Assembly: GCA_016198685.1 (NCBI GenBank)
Contig: JACQID010000004.1
Coordinates: 256,001 to 320,000 of the forward strand
Source: Candidatus Aenigmatarchaeota archaeon
Lineage (GTDB): Archaea; Aenigmatarchaeota; Aenigmatarchaeia; GW2011-AR5
DNA: 64,000 bases
Direction of reading: 5' to 3'
In this document: in pieces, positions 9,913 to 21,900 of the stretch
Layout of the letters: every line of letters starts with the position of its first letter
How positions within the stretch are numbered: the first letter of the stretch is position 1
Translations under genes and position numbers: made by a program
Notes under the pieces: generated by a model
What the model saw: the letters and a program-made list of their open reading frames with translations, nothing else
Databases searched by the model: none
What the model was told of the DNA's origin: nothing

Positions 9913-10557
9913 TCATTCTAGGAATCCCAGAGCCTCAACTATATTTCCCATTTCAGGTCCCGTTGATTGCTCCGAAACCGCAAAACTAAAAGAGTTGGCT
10001 ATTATGCCTGATTTCACATAGGGCGAACCATAATTGACAGTTCCAATCATCACAGGAACTTCCAAAACTTTCTCGATAACCGCTTTTTCACTTTCCTTGA
10101 TTTTCGGGTGCGCAAGGCAGCCCTTGTTCGTAGCTATAGCTGCGCTGCCGCATATTTTGAGGCCGGCGACTGTTCCTATTTCAGTTTTCACGCCTAAAAA
10201 CTCTTCTATCGTGTCTTTCGATTTCCTAAGCAAAGGCGATATTATTGCGCCGATATCGTTTGCAATTATCAAATTCCCTAAGGCAGTTTGATTCGTCTCA
10301 AGCTCAAGAACGTGGCTGTGTTTTATTTTGGTAAATCCATAGGCCGCAGAGAAATTTGATATTATAATGCCACGCGAATTGCCGGCTGCAAACATGCCTG
10401 CAAAATAGGTATTCATGACCATGGCGGAAACTACCGGAACTTTCAGGGTCTCAAATGTTTTTGGAGCGCCTCTTTGGAACCCGGCAAGATAATATTTGTC
10501 TGTAGCAAAGCCGTAAAGCCCTATGTTAGGGTCTCCTGCAAACGATACTTTGAACAT
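9913..10557 (-). CDS. eif6: Translation initiation factor aIF6
   Basis: PNIGLY, LGNLIIAND, GTVNYGSPYVKSGIIAN, TTGPE-like motifs. Confidence 0.93.
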   Translation of the reverse strand: MFKVSFAGDPNIGLYGFATDKYYLAGFQRGAPKTFETLKVPVVSAMVMNTYFAGMFAAGNSRGIIISNFSAAYGFTKIKHSHVLELETNQTALGNLIIANDIGAIISPLLRKSKDTIEEFLGVKTEIGTVAGLKICGSAAIATNKGCLAHPKIKESEKAVIEKVLEVPVMIGTVNYGSPYVKSGIIANSFSFAVSEQSTGPEMGNIVEALGFLE

Positions 10558-10560
10558 GAT

Positions 10561-11019
10561 TTAAGCACCCGCGCGCGTCTTTCTTTCCATAAATTCCTGT
10601 ATTATGCCAAACCCTGGCACTTTTGTCTTCCTTCTTTTTTTCTCAGGCAGTTCTATCTCCACTTCATCCCCATCCTTCAAGTTTGCAACTTCTTTGAGAT
10701 TTTTTGTAGAAAGAAGCTCAAGCACATCATTATTATACGTTTTGTCTGCATCACGCATGCCCCAGCATTCTTCAGTCTTATCCTTGAATACAAGCTTTAC
10801 CGGCATAAAATATGCATCTATGTGCCTTTTGCCATGGCTCAATATATAATCCATCTCTATTGTCGCATAAGGAGCAATGTTTATCGGCTCTTGAAGCCTT
10901 ACATTCAGAGTTCCCGGATATGGGCTGATCTTCAGAAGATGAGTGATTCTGGGTCCCCATTTCTTTATTAGATCCCCGCCACGGCCAAAGCCGGAAAAGA
11001 TTTTACCCTTAATTTTCAT
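10561..11019 (-). CDS. ribK: CTP-dependent riboflavin kinase (DUF120)
   Basis: GKIFSGFGRG, PYPGTLN, LELLS and LKDGDEV motifs. Confidence 0.8.
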   Translation of the reverse strand: MKIKGKIFSGFGRGGDLIKKWGPRITHLLKISPYPGTLNVRLQEPINIAPYATIEMDYILSHGKRHIDAYFMPVKLVFKDKTEECWGMRDADKTYNNDVLELLSTKNLKEVANLKDGDEVEIELPEKKRRKTKVPGFGIIQEFMERKTRAGA

Positions 11020-11062
11020 GATAATCTATTGAAGAAACAGTATATAAATGAAGCAAGAATGT

Positions 11063-11320
11063 CTATCCATATTTCCTTTTGAGCATCAACAGCATAGAAG
11101 TTGCAATAACTATCATGGAGTTAGTGGCGTATATGAACATATCGGCTTTCAACAGGCCGTATACTGTCCATATGGCACCGTTGATAATTCCTATTAATAT
11201 CACGGCCCAAGACAAGTCTTTAGTCCTTTTTGTGCGATAAGAGGCCCATACCTGTGGGAAAAACAATATAGATGCCGTTATAGAACCAGATAATCCTAAT
11301 AAAAACATTAAATCCGGCAT
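11063..11320 (-). CDS. SemiSWEET / PQ-loop transporter
   Basis: FFPQVW...TKDLS, WTVYG; three TM helices. Confidence 0.88.
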   Translation of the reverse strand: MPDLMFLLGLSGSITASILFFPQVWASYRTKRTKDLSWAVILIGIINGAIWTVYGLLKADMFIYATNSMIVIATSMLLMLKRKYG

Positions 11321-11339
11321 ATCATCTCTTCCGCGCAAA

Positions 11340-11750
11340 TTATGCCTTAGGCGTTTCAGGTTTTTCGGCTACAGCTTCCTTGCCTTCTATCTTCTTTTCA
11401 AGAGTTTCGTTCTTGACGGCCTTAGGTGTAAGCCTTTCTTCAAGCTTTTCTTTCATGCCTTTTATCTCCTTTCTTGGCTGTGCCTTGAAATCCTGATAAT
11501 CATGACCCATGAGCTCTGCCTTGAAAGTTTCCCCGTCTTTAATGATCTTTACACGCACACGCCTCTGCGCTTTGTCTTTTCCATGAACCCATAAGACTTC
11601 ATTAAGGAACTTGCCTATCTTGACGTTTCCGGATTTGACGCGCATAGCTATCTGCTTTTTCATCAAAGAGACAGAATATTTTGCTCTCTTTTTCTGCGCC
11701 TTCTTGCCGCTCTCGCCAAGAGGTATTGTCAAAACTATGTCTTCTGCCAT
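11340..11750 (-). CDS. rpl31e: Ribosomal protein eL31 (C-terminally extended)
   Basis: TIPL, RA...K...VKI...LNEVLW, RRVRVK; position next to rpl39e. Confidence 0.85.
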   Translation of the reverse strand: MAEDIVLTIPLGESGKKAQKKRAKYSVSLMKKQIAMRVKSGNVKIGKFLNEVLWVHGKDKAQRRVRVKIIKDGETFKAELMGHDYQDFKAQPRKEIKGMKEKLEERLTPKAVKNETLEKKIEGKEAVAEKPETPKA

Positions 11751-11755
11751 AATCA

Positions 11756-11920
11756 TCAAATCTTGTTCTTGCTTCTTCTCCAGTTCTTCTTCCAGGATGC
11801 TATTTTTCTGGTGCGTGCCCTCTTAAGGGCGAATTTCTTTATGTCAGCCCATCTTGGAGCGTTCTTTCCTCTGATAGCTATGAGCTTCAGCTTCTTTCCC
11901 AGATCTTTTCTTGCTCCCAT
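11756..11920 (-). CDS. rpl39e: Ribosomal protein eL39 (not in ORF track)
   Basis: MGARKDLGKKLKLIAIRGKNAPRWADIKK...KNWRRSKNKI (54 aa); PxW and WRR motifs; canonical position. Confidence 0.88.
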   Translation of the reverse strand: MGARKDLGKKLKLIAIRGKNAPRWADIKKFALKRARTRKIASWKKNWRRSKNKI

Positions 11921-11925
11921 GTCGA

Positions 11926-12216
11926 TCATTTCCTTTTTATGTTGAATTCTCGTTTTTCGTTTATCTTTCTTAATATCTGCACAAGCTGCTCCTCAGTTAT
12001 CTTGCCCCTCAGCTGCCCACTATGATATAGCTGGGAAAGATAGATATCGAGTTGCTGTGCGACTTCAGGTTTGACTACGCGAATATTATTTAATCTCTCT
12101 TTCGCTTTTGGCTCCAACACGAGTGAAAGCGTGCTTTTGATAGCATCTTCCGTTTTCTTGTTCTCTTCTGCGATACGTTGTTGGAGTATGCGGTTTTTTA
12201 TCTCCTCTTCCTCCAT
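11926..12216 (-). CDS. PDCD5-like dsDNA-binding protein
   Basis: VLEPKAKERLNNIRVVKPE...KITEEQLVQIL...FNIKRK. Confidence 0.9.
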   Translation of the reverse strand: MEEEEIKNRILQQRIAEENKKTEDAIKSTLSLVLEPKAKERLNNIRVVKPEVAQQLDIYLSQLYHSGQLRGKITEEQLVQILRKINEKREFNIKRK

Positions 12217-12220
12217 GCTT

Positions 12221-12631
12221 TCACTTCAGCGATTTTGCGATTTTATTCAAAAGCTTCATGCCCTCTGGCGTGAGTGCTCTTCCTTTGGGCTTCTCTGTTT
12301 TTTTGGCAAGGCTTGCCTTTTCAAGATCCTGAAGTATTGTTCTTATGATTTTGCCCCCGCCTTTAGCAAAACGTGCCGGCTTGTGGCCTCTTCTGTGCTT
12401 GCTGCCATAATAGCTTCTAAGCTTTGAAACGCCTACTGGGCCGTCCTTATACAGCCTACCCATGACACTTGCTGCGCGGTAAAACCACCAATCAGCATCA
12501 TCGGGAAGTCTCTCCTTGCCCATTCCTGTCTTAACATAAGAAGCCCATTCAGGCTTCTCGAGTTTTTCCTTGAGAACTTCAGCAAGTCCTTTAGTAAGCT
12601 TTTCCTGGTTCGCGTCCATTGGAGATGTCAT
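12221..12631 (-). CDS. rps19e: Ribosomal protein eS19
   Basis: PEWASYVKTG, DWWFYRAAS, GGGKIIRTILQDLE. Confidence 0.96.
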   Translation of the reverse strand: MTSPMDANQEKLTKGLAEVLKEKLEKPEWASYVKTGMGKERLPDDADWWFYRAASVMGRLYKDGPVGVSKLRSYYGSKHRRGHKPARFAKGGGKIIRTILQDLEKASLAKKTEKPKGRALTPEGMKLLNKIAKSLK

Positions 12632-12668
12632 AAATTATCAGCTATTAATACGATAGGAAACATTTATA

Positions 12669-12992
12669 TTAGTATGCTTTCCTTCGTCGGACTGAAGAAG
12701 CCATAATAAAGCTCTTCTTGCATTCATTGCACGTGACAACGGCAACACCTTTTTTTACCCGTACAAAACTATTTTTGCCTATATTTAAATACGAGGAGCA
12801 ATACTTGCAGAAACGATTCTTTACCAAAGGAGGTATTCTTACATTATAACGCATTCCTATCCGTTTCAGCAGCCTTATATAGCGCTTTGCAAGCGCAGGA
12901 TCGCTTGCAGCCCTTTTGGCGGCTTCATCTATGAGTATTTCCATGCGTTCCTTGGCTATTTTGATCTGAAATTCAGGCTTACCGCTTCTCAT
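12669..12992 (-). CDS. rnp4: RNase P protein component 4 (Rpp21)
   Basis: IAKERMEIL, FCKYC...TCNEC zinc ribbon. Confidence 0.9.
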   Translation of the reverse strand: MRSGKPEFQIKIAKERMEILIDEAAKRAASDPALAKRYIRLLKRIGMRYNVRIPPLVKNRFCKYCSSYLNIGKNSFVRVKKGVAVVTCNECKKSFIMASSVRRRKAY

Positions 12993-14367
12993 GTTTCTTC
13001 CATCTCGTGCCCTCGGGGGCGTCTTCTAGATATATGCCGCGCTCGGCAAGCTTTTTTCTGATTTCATCAGAAGCCATGTAATCCCCACTTTTTCTCATTT
13101 TTTCCCGTTCTTTTATCATATTCGCTTCTTCATCGCTTATGGTTTCCTCACTCTCAAGGAAGCAGAATACCTTGTCCGCGTCTTCCAAGAACTCGATTAT
13201 CTTGCGGGCGCTTTTTTCCGAATTTATGTTCTTATTTGCGAATCTTGCCATGCCGAATAATGCACCAAGCGCATTAGGCGTATTCGCATCGTCTTCAAGC
13301 GCAGCCCAGAATTTTTTTTCATATGCTGAGATCTTCCTGTTTTCATTGCCGCTGCCCTTTATCTCCTTCATTCTTCTGTAAAAATCATTTATTGTATGAA
13401 GTGCATTCTCAGAATCACGAAGCCCGTCAAGCGTGAAGTTCATCTCGCTTCTGTAGTGCGAAGAAGCACAAAGATAGCGGAACGCTGCAGCACTGAATCC
13501 CTTTTCTTCAAGCTGGGAAAGAGTATAGTAGTTTCCTAATGATTTGGAAATTTTCTTTCCCTCGAGCAATATGAATGCTACATGCATCCAGACTTTGGAA
13601 AATTTCTTTCCGGTCGCCGCCTCGCTTTGAGCTATCTCATTCGTATGGTGTACAGGAATATGATCTATTCCGCCTGCATGAATATCCAGGGTCTTGCCAA
13701 GATATTTCATTGCCATGGCAGAGCATTCTATATGCCAGCCGGGAAACCCGATACCCCAAGGCGAATGCCATTCCATCTGCCGCTTTTCCTTCGAGAATTT
13801 CCAGAGAGCAAAATCGGTTGCGTTTCTCTTTCCTCCCATATCTACGCGCTTCCCAGCCTCCAGACCTTCCTTGTCAAGCCTCGCTAATCTGCCATAATCC
13901 TTGAATTTTGATGTGTCAAAATAAACGCCATCTTCGGTGAGATATGTGTAGCCTTTTTTTTCAAGGCTGGCAACAAGATATATCATTTCTTTTATGTGAT
14001 CAGTAGCCTTGCATAGAATGGAAGGTTTCTTGATATTCAGCTTTTCCATATCCGCAAGAAACTGCTCGGTATAGAAATTTGCGATTTCCCACGCAGTCTT
14101 CTTCTCGCGCTTCGCGCCCAACTCCATCTTGTCCTCTCCACTATCCGAATCCGAGACAAGATGTCCCACGTCCGTTATGTTCATTACGTGTTTTACTCTG
14201 TGCTTCCGTTCAATTATCCGTTTTATCACGTCTTCTGCAACGTAAGTCCTCAGGTTGCCGATATGTGCATAATCATAAACAGTAGGCCCGCATGTATAGA
14301 TTTTTACTTCGTCACTTGCAAGTCCGATAATTTTCTTTTTTCGGGCAAAAGTATCAAAGAGCTTCAT
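12979..14367 (-). CDS. cysS: Cysteinyl-tRNA synthetase
   Basis: YTCGPTVYDYAHIGN, PGWHIECSAM, HHTNE, KISKS. Confidence 0.97.
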   Translation of the reverse strand: MKLFDTFARKKKIIGLASDEVKIYTCGPTVYDYAHIGNLRTYVAEDVIKRIIERKHRVKHVMNITDVGHLVSDSDSGEDKMELGAKREKKTAWEIANFYTEQFLADMEKLNIKKPSILCKATDHIKEMIYLVASLEKKGYTYLTEDGVYFDTSKFKDYGRLARLDKEGLEAGKRVDMGGKRNATDFALWKFSKEKRQMEWHSPWGIGFPGWHIECSAMAMKYLGKTLDIHAGGIDHIPVHHTNEIAQSEAATGKKFSKVWMHVAFILLEGKKISKSLGNYYTLSQLEEKGFSAAAFRYLCASSHYRSEMNFTLDGLRDSENALHTINDFYRRMKEIKGSGNENRKISAYEKKFWAALEDDANTPNALGALFGMARFANKNINSEKSARKIIEFLEDADKVFCFLESEETISDEEANMIKEREKMRKSGDYMASDEIRKKLAERGIYLEDAPEGTRWKKHEKR

Positions 14368-14418
14368 AAATTACCTTGGAAAATAAAGCATTTATACTCC
14401 CGTAGAAGCTGGCTGTTT

Positions 14419-15945
14419 TTATTTTTTATTTTTTCTGCCGGACGGCGTGAAACTGTAGCCGGATTTTCTATTCCGAATGTCTATGGCATATTCATTCTTT
14501 CTCCCCTGGCCAAGCTGTTGTTTGACCTCTTTGAGATGATCATGGCCATGATAATACATCCATCCAAGTATCAATGCTATGACAAATACTGAGAGCGCTA
14601 TGTACCAGCCATAGTCATTGACTATATCTTTTACGGCATTCACTATATTCTCATTATCTTGAATCACGTCATCTACTATCACAGCTTTTTTGACAGCCGA
14701 TACTGCAAATAATGAAAACCCTGGAGTTGTTGCAATATAATATACATGTTCAGCTGTGCCGCCGGATTCAGATGTCGCAAGCTCAGACCAGCCGGATATG
14801 TATCTCATGAGACCTATATCAGATGTCGCAAATCCGTTGTCTGCTATCCATTTTTTTGCAACTTGGAAGCTTATTTCGGCTGCGGTTATGTCCGAATCTG
14901 AGAAATTGGAAAGTACAATCTCCATGTATTGATGTATTTTTCCTTCTGGCGCTTCCTTATCGGTGCTTTCCAGATTCTTGATTTCTATACTGATATTTGC
15001 TAAAGCTTTCGATGCCGTGAATGCAATTCTTCTCACTCCGGTTTCTGCCGGATTGTCTATATCCACGCCTGCGCTTTCGCCTGCAGCAACAGAAGGAATC
15101 TTTATCACTGAAATACCTTCTGTTGTGCTTATGGTCGTGCCTTCAGGCGCTGGTGCCTTGGATAGAGCGCTTCCTCCGCCCCCTCCACCGCCGCCACTGC
15201 CGCTTCCGCTGCCTGAATCACTGCTTCCTCCGCTTGCAGAGGGTATAGTTGTGCTTCCGGATTCTGTATCAGTGCCTCCCGGGCTCCCGGATACGCTAAG
15301 GACAAAATTGCAAGTTCCTGATGAGCTCCCTGCAGTCACGCTCCAGCTTTCCGATGTGGTTGCCGAATCTCCAATAGTACCTATAGTCTTCGTGGCGCTG
15401 GATATCGTGCACTTTCCTGAAGTTTCTTCAAGTGTTGCCGTAACAGAACTGCTACTGCCTGCAGTCTCAGTGCCGCCATTTTGTATCGTAGCTGAAACTG
15501 TGAATGTCTGGCTTGCCGTGGCGGAAGATGGCGTGCTTAGAGAAACTACGCTCAAATCTGCAGCAGAACTTACAGTAACTTGCGTGCAGTCAGCAGTGCA
15601 GGTTCCCCCCATATCCACGCATACGTCCTCCGAACCGGCCGTATTAGGAGTTATTGTGAAATCCAGGCTTTTTGATTCGCCGGAGCTGATGCTTGAAATC
15701 ACTTGCGAAATTGTATCCCCTGTAAACCAGCTTCCAAGAAGCGAGGCCGTGATGCTGGACTGGGATTGCGATTGCTGGTTTGTTACGCTGACTGTGAGCG
15801 TGCCTGCCGAACCCTTGGTCATTGAAGTCGTCGTAAGGGAACATGTATATTGCGATGATGAACATGCATTACTGCAGGCCGCATAAGATGCCTGGAGCGC
15901 AAATGCCATCATTATTACTGCAATTACCAATGTCTTAGTTTTCAT
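14419..15945 (-). CDS. PGF-pre-PGF domain surface protein with Ser/Thr-rich Ig-like N-terminus
   Basis: Signal peptide, Cys pairs, Gly/Ser linker, domain ending ATTPGFSLFAV, then TM helix and cytoplasmic tail. Confidence 0.85.
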   Translation of the reverse strand: MKTKTLVIAVIMMAFALQASYAACSNACSSSQYTCSLTTTSMTKGSAGTLTVSVTNQQSQSQSSITASLLGSWFTGDTISQVISSISSGESKSLDFTITPNTAGSEDVCVDMGGTCTADCTQVTVSSAADLSVVSLSTPSSATASQTFTVSATIQNGGTETAGSSSSVTATLEETSGKCTISSATKTIGTIGDSATTSESWSVTAGSSSGTCNFVLSVSGSPGGTDTESGSTTIPSASGGSSDSGSGSGSGGGGGGGGSALSKAPAPEGTTISTTEGISVIKIPSVAAGESAGVDIDNPAETGVRRIAFTASKALANISIEIKNLESTDKEAPEGKIHQYMEIVLSNFSDSDITAAEISFQVAKKWIADNGFATSDIGLMRYISGWSELATSESGGTAEHVYYIATTPGFSLFAVSAVKKAVIVDDVIQDNENIVNAVKDIVNDYGWYIALSVFVIALILGWMYYHGHDHLKEVKQQLGQGRKNEYAIDIRNRKSGYSFTPSGRKNKK

Positions 15946-15950
15946 TGTGA

Positions 15951-18900
15951 TCACTTCGACTCAAAGTTATATGTGGTGGTCATGACGCTCATTGTTGATG
16001 TTTTTGGCGTTATGGTTATCGTTCCTGTCCAGTTGCCCGCCTGGGTGACGTTGAATGTCCAATTGAATTGGCGCGTGACGCCTATATTCATTATCATATT
16101 GCCATGCGTAAGGTTAGTCAGATTATTTGATATTGCAGAAGAATTGGTGCTGTGTACAGGCTTGCTTATTGCAATATCGGCATTGACCTGGCTCGATGAA
16201 GGATTATTTATGGAAACCGATATGTTGAAGTTCTCCCTGAAGGTTGCGTTTCCCGGGAGCAACGCAGATACTGTGTTGTCGGTCACATAGCTTTGGTTAG
16301 ATTTCGTTGCATTATAAACGGATTTTCCTTCTATCCTCAGGTTCTTCTGCGCAACTATGACTTCCCTGCTTCCCACGGTTGTAGAATTGCCGTAAGTAGC
16401 CTGATATTCCACAGATAGCCTGCCGATAGGCCATGTGAAGCTTCCTGCAGGCGTTATTGAAACATTGGCGGCCCCGCCTGCATCGGTGATGTTTGATGCG
16501 CCTGTCCAGTTTGAATCTGATGTATTCACGTTGGCACCTGTTGCAGTATTCCATATCTTTCGCACCGAAACATTGGCATTGGCAAGCACCATGCTCCTGT
16601 TGTAGTTAAGGCTTACGTTTATTGTTGAGGTTATCGCCGATGTCGGCGTTATGTCGGTGATTCCTGTTATCGCTCCCCATACTCCTGGAAATTCAGCACT
16701 TATGCTTGTCATGAATGTCGTGGCTACGCCATCTTTCAAGGCGGAAATTTCAACATCATAATACGCCCATCCCCATGGTGGGGTAGGCCATGTGTTGTTC
16801 AATCCCGGAGGCGTTATGTTTATTGTCTCAGCGTTGCTTTGGGTAGTCCTGTTTATCGCCACAACAAAGCTATGCTGGACACATGCGTTGTCACAACTCC
16901 AATATCTGAACGTGGCGTTGGATACCGTGACTCCAGAGGACCCACTTATGTTCAATTTCATGCTTTCATTTATGTAATAACTGTACCTGAATTTCTCTCC
17001 TGCGAATTCAAAGGGATAGAGTATTTTTCCGCTTAGTGCGAATGATGAAAGCCTAAATGTGGCATATCCTATATGAGCTGTTGATGTTACATTTTGGCTG
17101 TCGTTTGCCGTGATCTCGGGATAATAATAGCCTTCTGAGAGCGCAGTGGTATTCAGGCTAAGCCTCTTCTGGCTGGACGTGTAAGTATATATCAAGCCCG
17201 ATGTATCCACGCTTGTGCAAGTGCCGCTCTGGCAATGCTTCATCGTGGATATCTTGACATCGTTAAGCGTTACAGGCGTTCCTGAGGAACTGTCAGCTAC
17301 AATATCGAATGTCACATTTTCCCCTTTCTGGTATTCAAATCTTGAAGCGAATGCATACAATCGGAACGCTATGACCTCGAACCATGCTTCGGAAAATACT
17401 ACGTTGCCATTGGCATCCGATATTTTCAATTTTGCCCTATATGTACCAGACGGCAAACCGGATCCGAGGGGCGTTATATTTATATTAAGATCTCCTACGG
17501 TTGCAGGATTGCCGCTTACTGCCTTCACGGTATAGTCAGTTCCATTAACAAGAGTGGCTCCTGTCAAGGTATTCTGAAGACTCAGAATATCTATGTAAAC
17601 CTGCCCGTTGTAATATGACGATGTACCTGGACTGCCAACATGAACTTTCAGGCTCATGTTGTTTTTCGGATGATTGCTCCATGCGTCAGTCCATGACCAT
17701 ACATCAAACAGCCTGACATCGAACCATGTGCTTACTTCTACCTTTCCTCCTGTAGCCGAACCATTCTGCAATGTTCGCGTAAGATTAACAACAGCCTGAT
17801 AACTGCCCTCATCCCATCCGCCTGACCTTGAGAGATTCATTATAAGACGTGTCGGCATTGTGATATTGGATGTCTTGAGTGCAATGCCGGATACCTCGCT
17901 TCGCGACCATGTTGCCCTGTCGTATTTATACACGGTAATCTCGGGTGAGCCGGAAGTATAAGAAGTGTTAAGCGTTACCTGCTGCCCGGAAAGTGTTCCT
18001 TGGGCATATATTGTAATGTTGTCCGAAGACCCATAAGTCCATTTTTCTGTCCAAGCACTGGGAGTAAAGTCCCTTACATCAAACCATACATAAGTTCGCT
18101 TGACGTCGCTGCTCTCGTTTATCCTTATGGCGATCTGGTAAAACCCGTTCGGCAAACTCTGGCTCAGGCTCACGTTTGCCGCTGCGCTATACTTGTTGTT
18201 TGAAGTCGTGGCATCTGACCACAACGAACTTGAAACCGGTGCTCCTGTCATTGAATTTATCACCGATTCAATATTGGTTTCGGTACTGCCTGTATATGCG
18301 CGTCCGCTTGAAGGATCTGTTATCGTGCAACTTATGTTAACTGAAACTCCTGACTGTATGTCTCCCCATGAAACCCTGTTGCAGCTCGCAAAGAAGGTTT
18401 CTATCTTGAATCCCCATTCGGCTTTTTCCGTGCCAAGGGAATTATTGAATTCTGCGGAGACAAAATAATCTCCCGAATCCCATGTCCCGCCTGCCGCCCC
18501 ATCGTCGAGTGGTTTCAAGACGAAAGTGCCAACGCCGGGTATTAGAATATTGCCCGTGCCCTTTATTGTCCCGTCTTTGCTTGTGACATTGTAATCTACT
18601 TTTTCCTGAAGCACGGTCTCCCCTGATGAAAAGTCAAACTTGGCTACTTTTACGGATTTTAGCGTCACGTTGTAATATGATGTCTGCGAATTATCTCCTA
18701 CTGAAACGCCAGACGAGCCTCCTAATCCTGAAGTTTCTCCAAGATCCTGTATGTATCCAATAGACCAATTCGAAACATTTCCTTCGGAGTTTCCAGGCCC
18801 TCTCATTCCTAACTTGTAGTATTTGCCTGTCGTGCTATTGACGCAGAAATATCTTGTGTGCGTTGCATTGTAAGAGCCTGCTAATGTCATGTTCGTCGTG

Positions 18901-21900
18901 TTTCTGTATCCCTGATTGCTATACACAGGCGCAAAACCCGGACCGGTGCACTTGAAGCCCTGGAAAGGCCCGCCACTATCATAGTCGCTAAGTATCTTTT
19001 CTCCTGAAACGCATTTGCTGAAAACGGAATTCATGCATCCCATGAAAGCTATGGTCGAATTCTTTGTGACGCCCCCGCTCGTAAGGTTAACCGCAGAGAG
19101 GTTCGCCATATCTATATCTGACACGTTGCTCGTTGTCATGTTGATGTCCGGGAAAGTATCCCCGTCAAGATCAAATCCTCGGCCGGCTACAACCACTCCT
19201 TCCTCCAATATGGCTTCAGGAGTTCCGATAGGGCCGCCTCCGCCACCGCAAGTCGTATCTTCAGGAGGACAACCACCACCGAATTGGTTTCTCATCCATG
19301 AAGGGTCGGAAGAGATAGTCGCTGTGAAATTTATGTTGTCGCTTCTACCATATCTCCAGTTGCTGCTGCTTATTTCGGCAAAGAAGTTTCTTACCATGAA
19401 GAAACCTTCAACCTGGTCCGTAACCGTCCCGTTTGTAACATCAAAAACGATGAGATACTGGCCGTTGCTCCATCCTCCAGTAGGCGGCTCAAGGGTCATA
19501 AGCACTCTTCCGGAAGCGTCTGTAGTTCCTTGGGTGACCGTCTTATCATATGTTAATTCGGATGGAGGGAAGCTCGCAAAGCTTAATATTTTTTTCAGCG
19601 AAACCGTAAGGTTGGCTGCCGGCCTGTAATTCACTACATTGAACACGTCGATCTTCATGCTCACGTTCTCATTTTTGCCTATTGTGAAGTCGGGCACGTT
19701 AGTTTCTGGGTTTACCGGCATTCCAAATCCTTCGAATATTTTTGACATGAAGAATCCTTCGCCGCTGTCTATTCCGCCCGAAAAGTTCACAATGACTTTA
19801 ACTATGTAGAAGCCGGATTTCCAGCCTGTTGCAGGCGCGGATATGACCGTGCTGTTCGAACCTCCGTCTATTCGTATTGTCGTGTTAGTAGAATCTATCT
19901 TCTTGGGCGGGAATATGAATTCACCTGCATTCCCTCCATAAAAAACGCCGCTTATCGTAAGCGTGCCTGTCCTATTTGCCGTCTGCCATGTTCCAGGTTC
20001 TCTTACAGTCACTGAGACATTTACAGCCGTGTTCGGGCCTACGTTCCAGTTTTGGAAGCTATTGAAACCCAACGAAGAAGCATCGGTCGTTGTGTTTGCA
20101 CGAACCGTGACATCCATGAAGTATTTCCTTACGTCGAAGAAGCCCTGGGCACGATCGGTTTTGTTGTCCGACGTTGAAAGATTGAAAAATGCGATATAAA
20201 ATCCGCCAGTCCAGTTCTGGCCGTTGACGCTCGATTTCATGCTGATTGCGCAACTGCCTGAAGAATCTGTAACGCAATTCGTCAGTGTTACGGATGAAGT
20301 CCAGTCTTCTTCGGTATTAAGATTGATTATTTTAGTAACTGTTACTTGTGCTCCCTGTACTGATGAACCGCCGCCTATGCCAAACAACCCGCCTTCAACG
20401 CCTCTTGGGCCGCCTCCAAATGATCCCTTGGACATGAAGCCTTCATTGCCCTGCTTCTCGCTTGCCGTTGTAACGCTTACATTGAGCTGAACAGTGTCAT
20501 TGGGTCTGAAGAACCAGAAAAATCCCGGTCCCGGACCGCCTGCGCCCGGTGTAGGAGTAGTGCTTCCAGGGCTTCCCGCGCTTACAGGGCGTATAGTTAC
20601 ATCCAGCGACCTGACTTTGAAATTGCCGTCAACAGAAACCGAGCCTACAGGCGTATCTGTCTGGGCTTTTACAAAATAATCCCCGCCTTTTACAGGAGCC
20701 GTCAAATTAATGTATGTATAATTTCCAGACGTGTATGTTGCATTCGTCCCGAATAATGAAGTCTTGTCATTTCCTTCACTATCTGCAATCGAATAACTTG
20801 AAATGCCCGTGACGGGTACTGTGCCAGAAACATTCTGCGCAGAGAACCTAAGGACTATTTTCTTGCCTGCAACGAAGTCTCGTTGTGAGACGCCGTTCGG
20901 GAACGTATCCATCGACACAACAAAGCCTTTTGCCCTCTGGATCGTGAAGTACCCTATTCCAGAGCCTGATCCAAAGGTATCGTTTATGCTTATCAGGACT
21001 TTATAAGTGCCGGAAGCCGAGGTCCCCGGAATCAAAAATGACATCTTGTATTTGCCGTCAGTACTGACTTGATCCGTGACAGTAGGCGAGATCGCCGTAT
21101 CTACTCCTGAAGGATCATATATTTTTGCGCCTGAAGTTATCGTAGTCGCCTTGCCTGCGATGTTATCGCTTGTAGATGCGTTTTTCAATTTCAACCCAAG
21201 GGTCACGGTCGAACCCGGATAAAAAACAAGCTGACCGTCCCATGCACTAATTTCCATTACGTATGCCCTGACTTCAAAGCTGCCGAGCAGTTCCTTTGTT
21301 ATATTTGAACCCTGTGCAGTCACGGTAGCTGTAACAGAATATATGCCTTCGCCTGTTGAAGAAAATTTGTCCTCATAAACGCCTGTGAGGCTTGTAGCAG
21401 AGCTGTCCGTAGCCTGAGTCATTGCAGTTACGGTTGTCTTGGTTCCGTTCGGTGCAGTTATCACGAGTTGCCTTGTTGAAGCCGTGGCTCCATTGCCATT
21501 TGCATTCTTCACCGTGATCCTGATAGTTACATTGTCCCCGCGGCCGACTACTGTAGGCGATATTTTCATTGAAGCGCTGAAACCGCCTACAAGAAGCGGA
21601 ACTGCCTGCTCGAATTTGTTTATTTCGACTATGTATTCACCTTCCGTGCTTGGAACTGTGAAGGAAGTCGAGCATTTACCTACGCTGTCGGTTGTGCAGG
21701 AAGTTATTTCACTTATCAAGGTCCCATTCTTGTATCGTAAATTCGGCATTATCAAAACAGAAGGAACGCCGTTGCCGTTCGAATTCACGACAGTGGCAAC
21801 AAGACTTGCAACCGTATCGGTGCTATATGAAGGCTTGTTAAGCGATATCAAAATTTTTGAATAGGGGAGAACCTTGATAAAGTGGCTAACTACCGTGCCG

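Noticed and set aside
14963-15886. 307-aa plus-strand ORF with a poly-Pro run
   Set aside because: Antisense shadow of the Gly/Ser-rich PGF-pre-PGF gene; the same applies to the many short antisense ORFs over ribosomal and synthetase genes.
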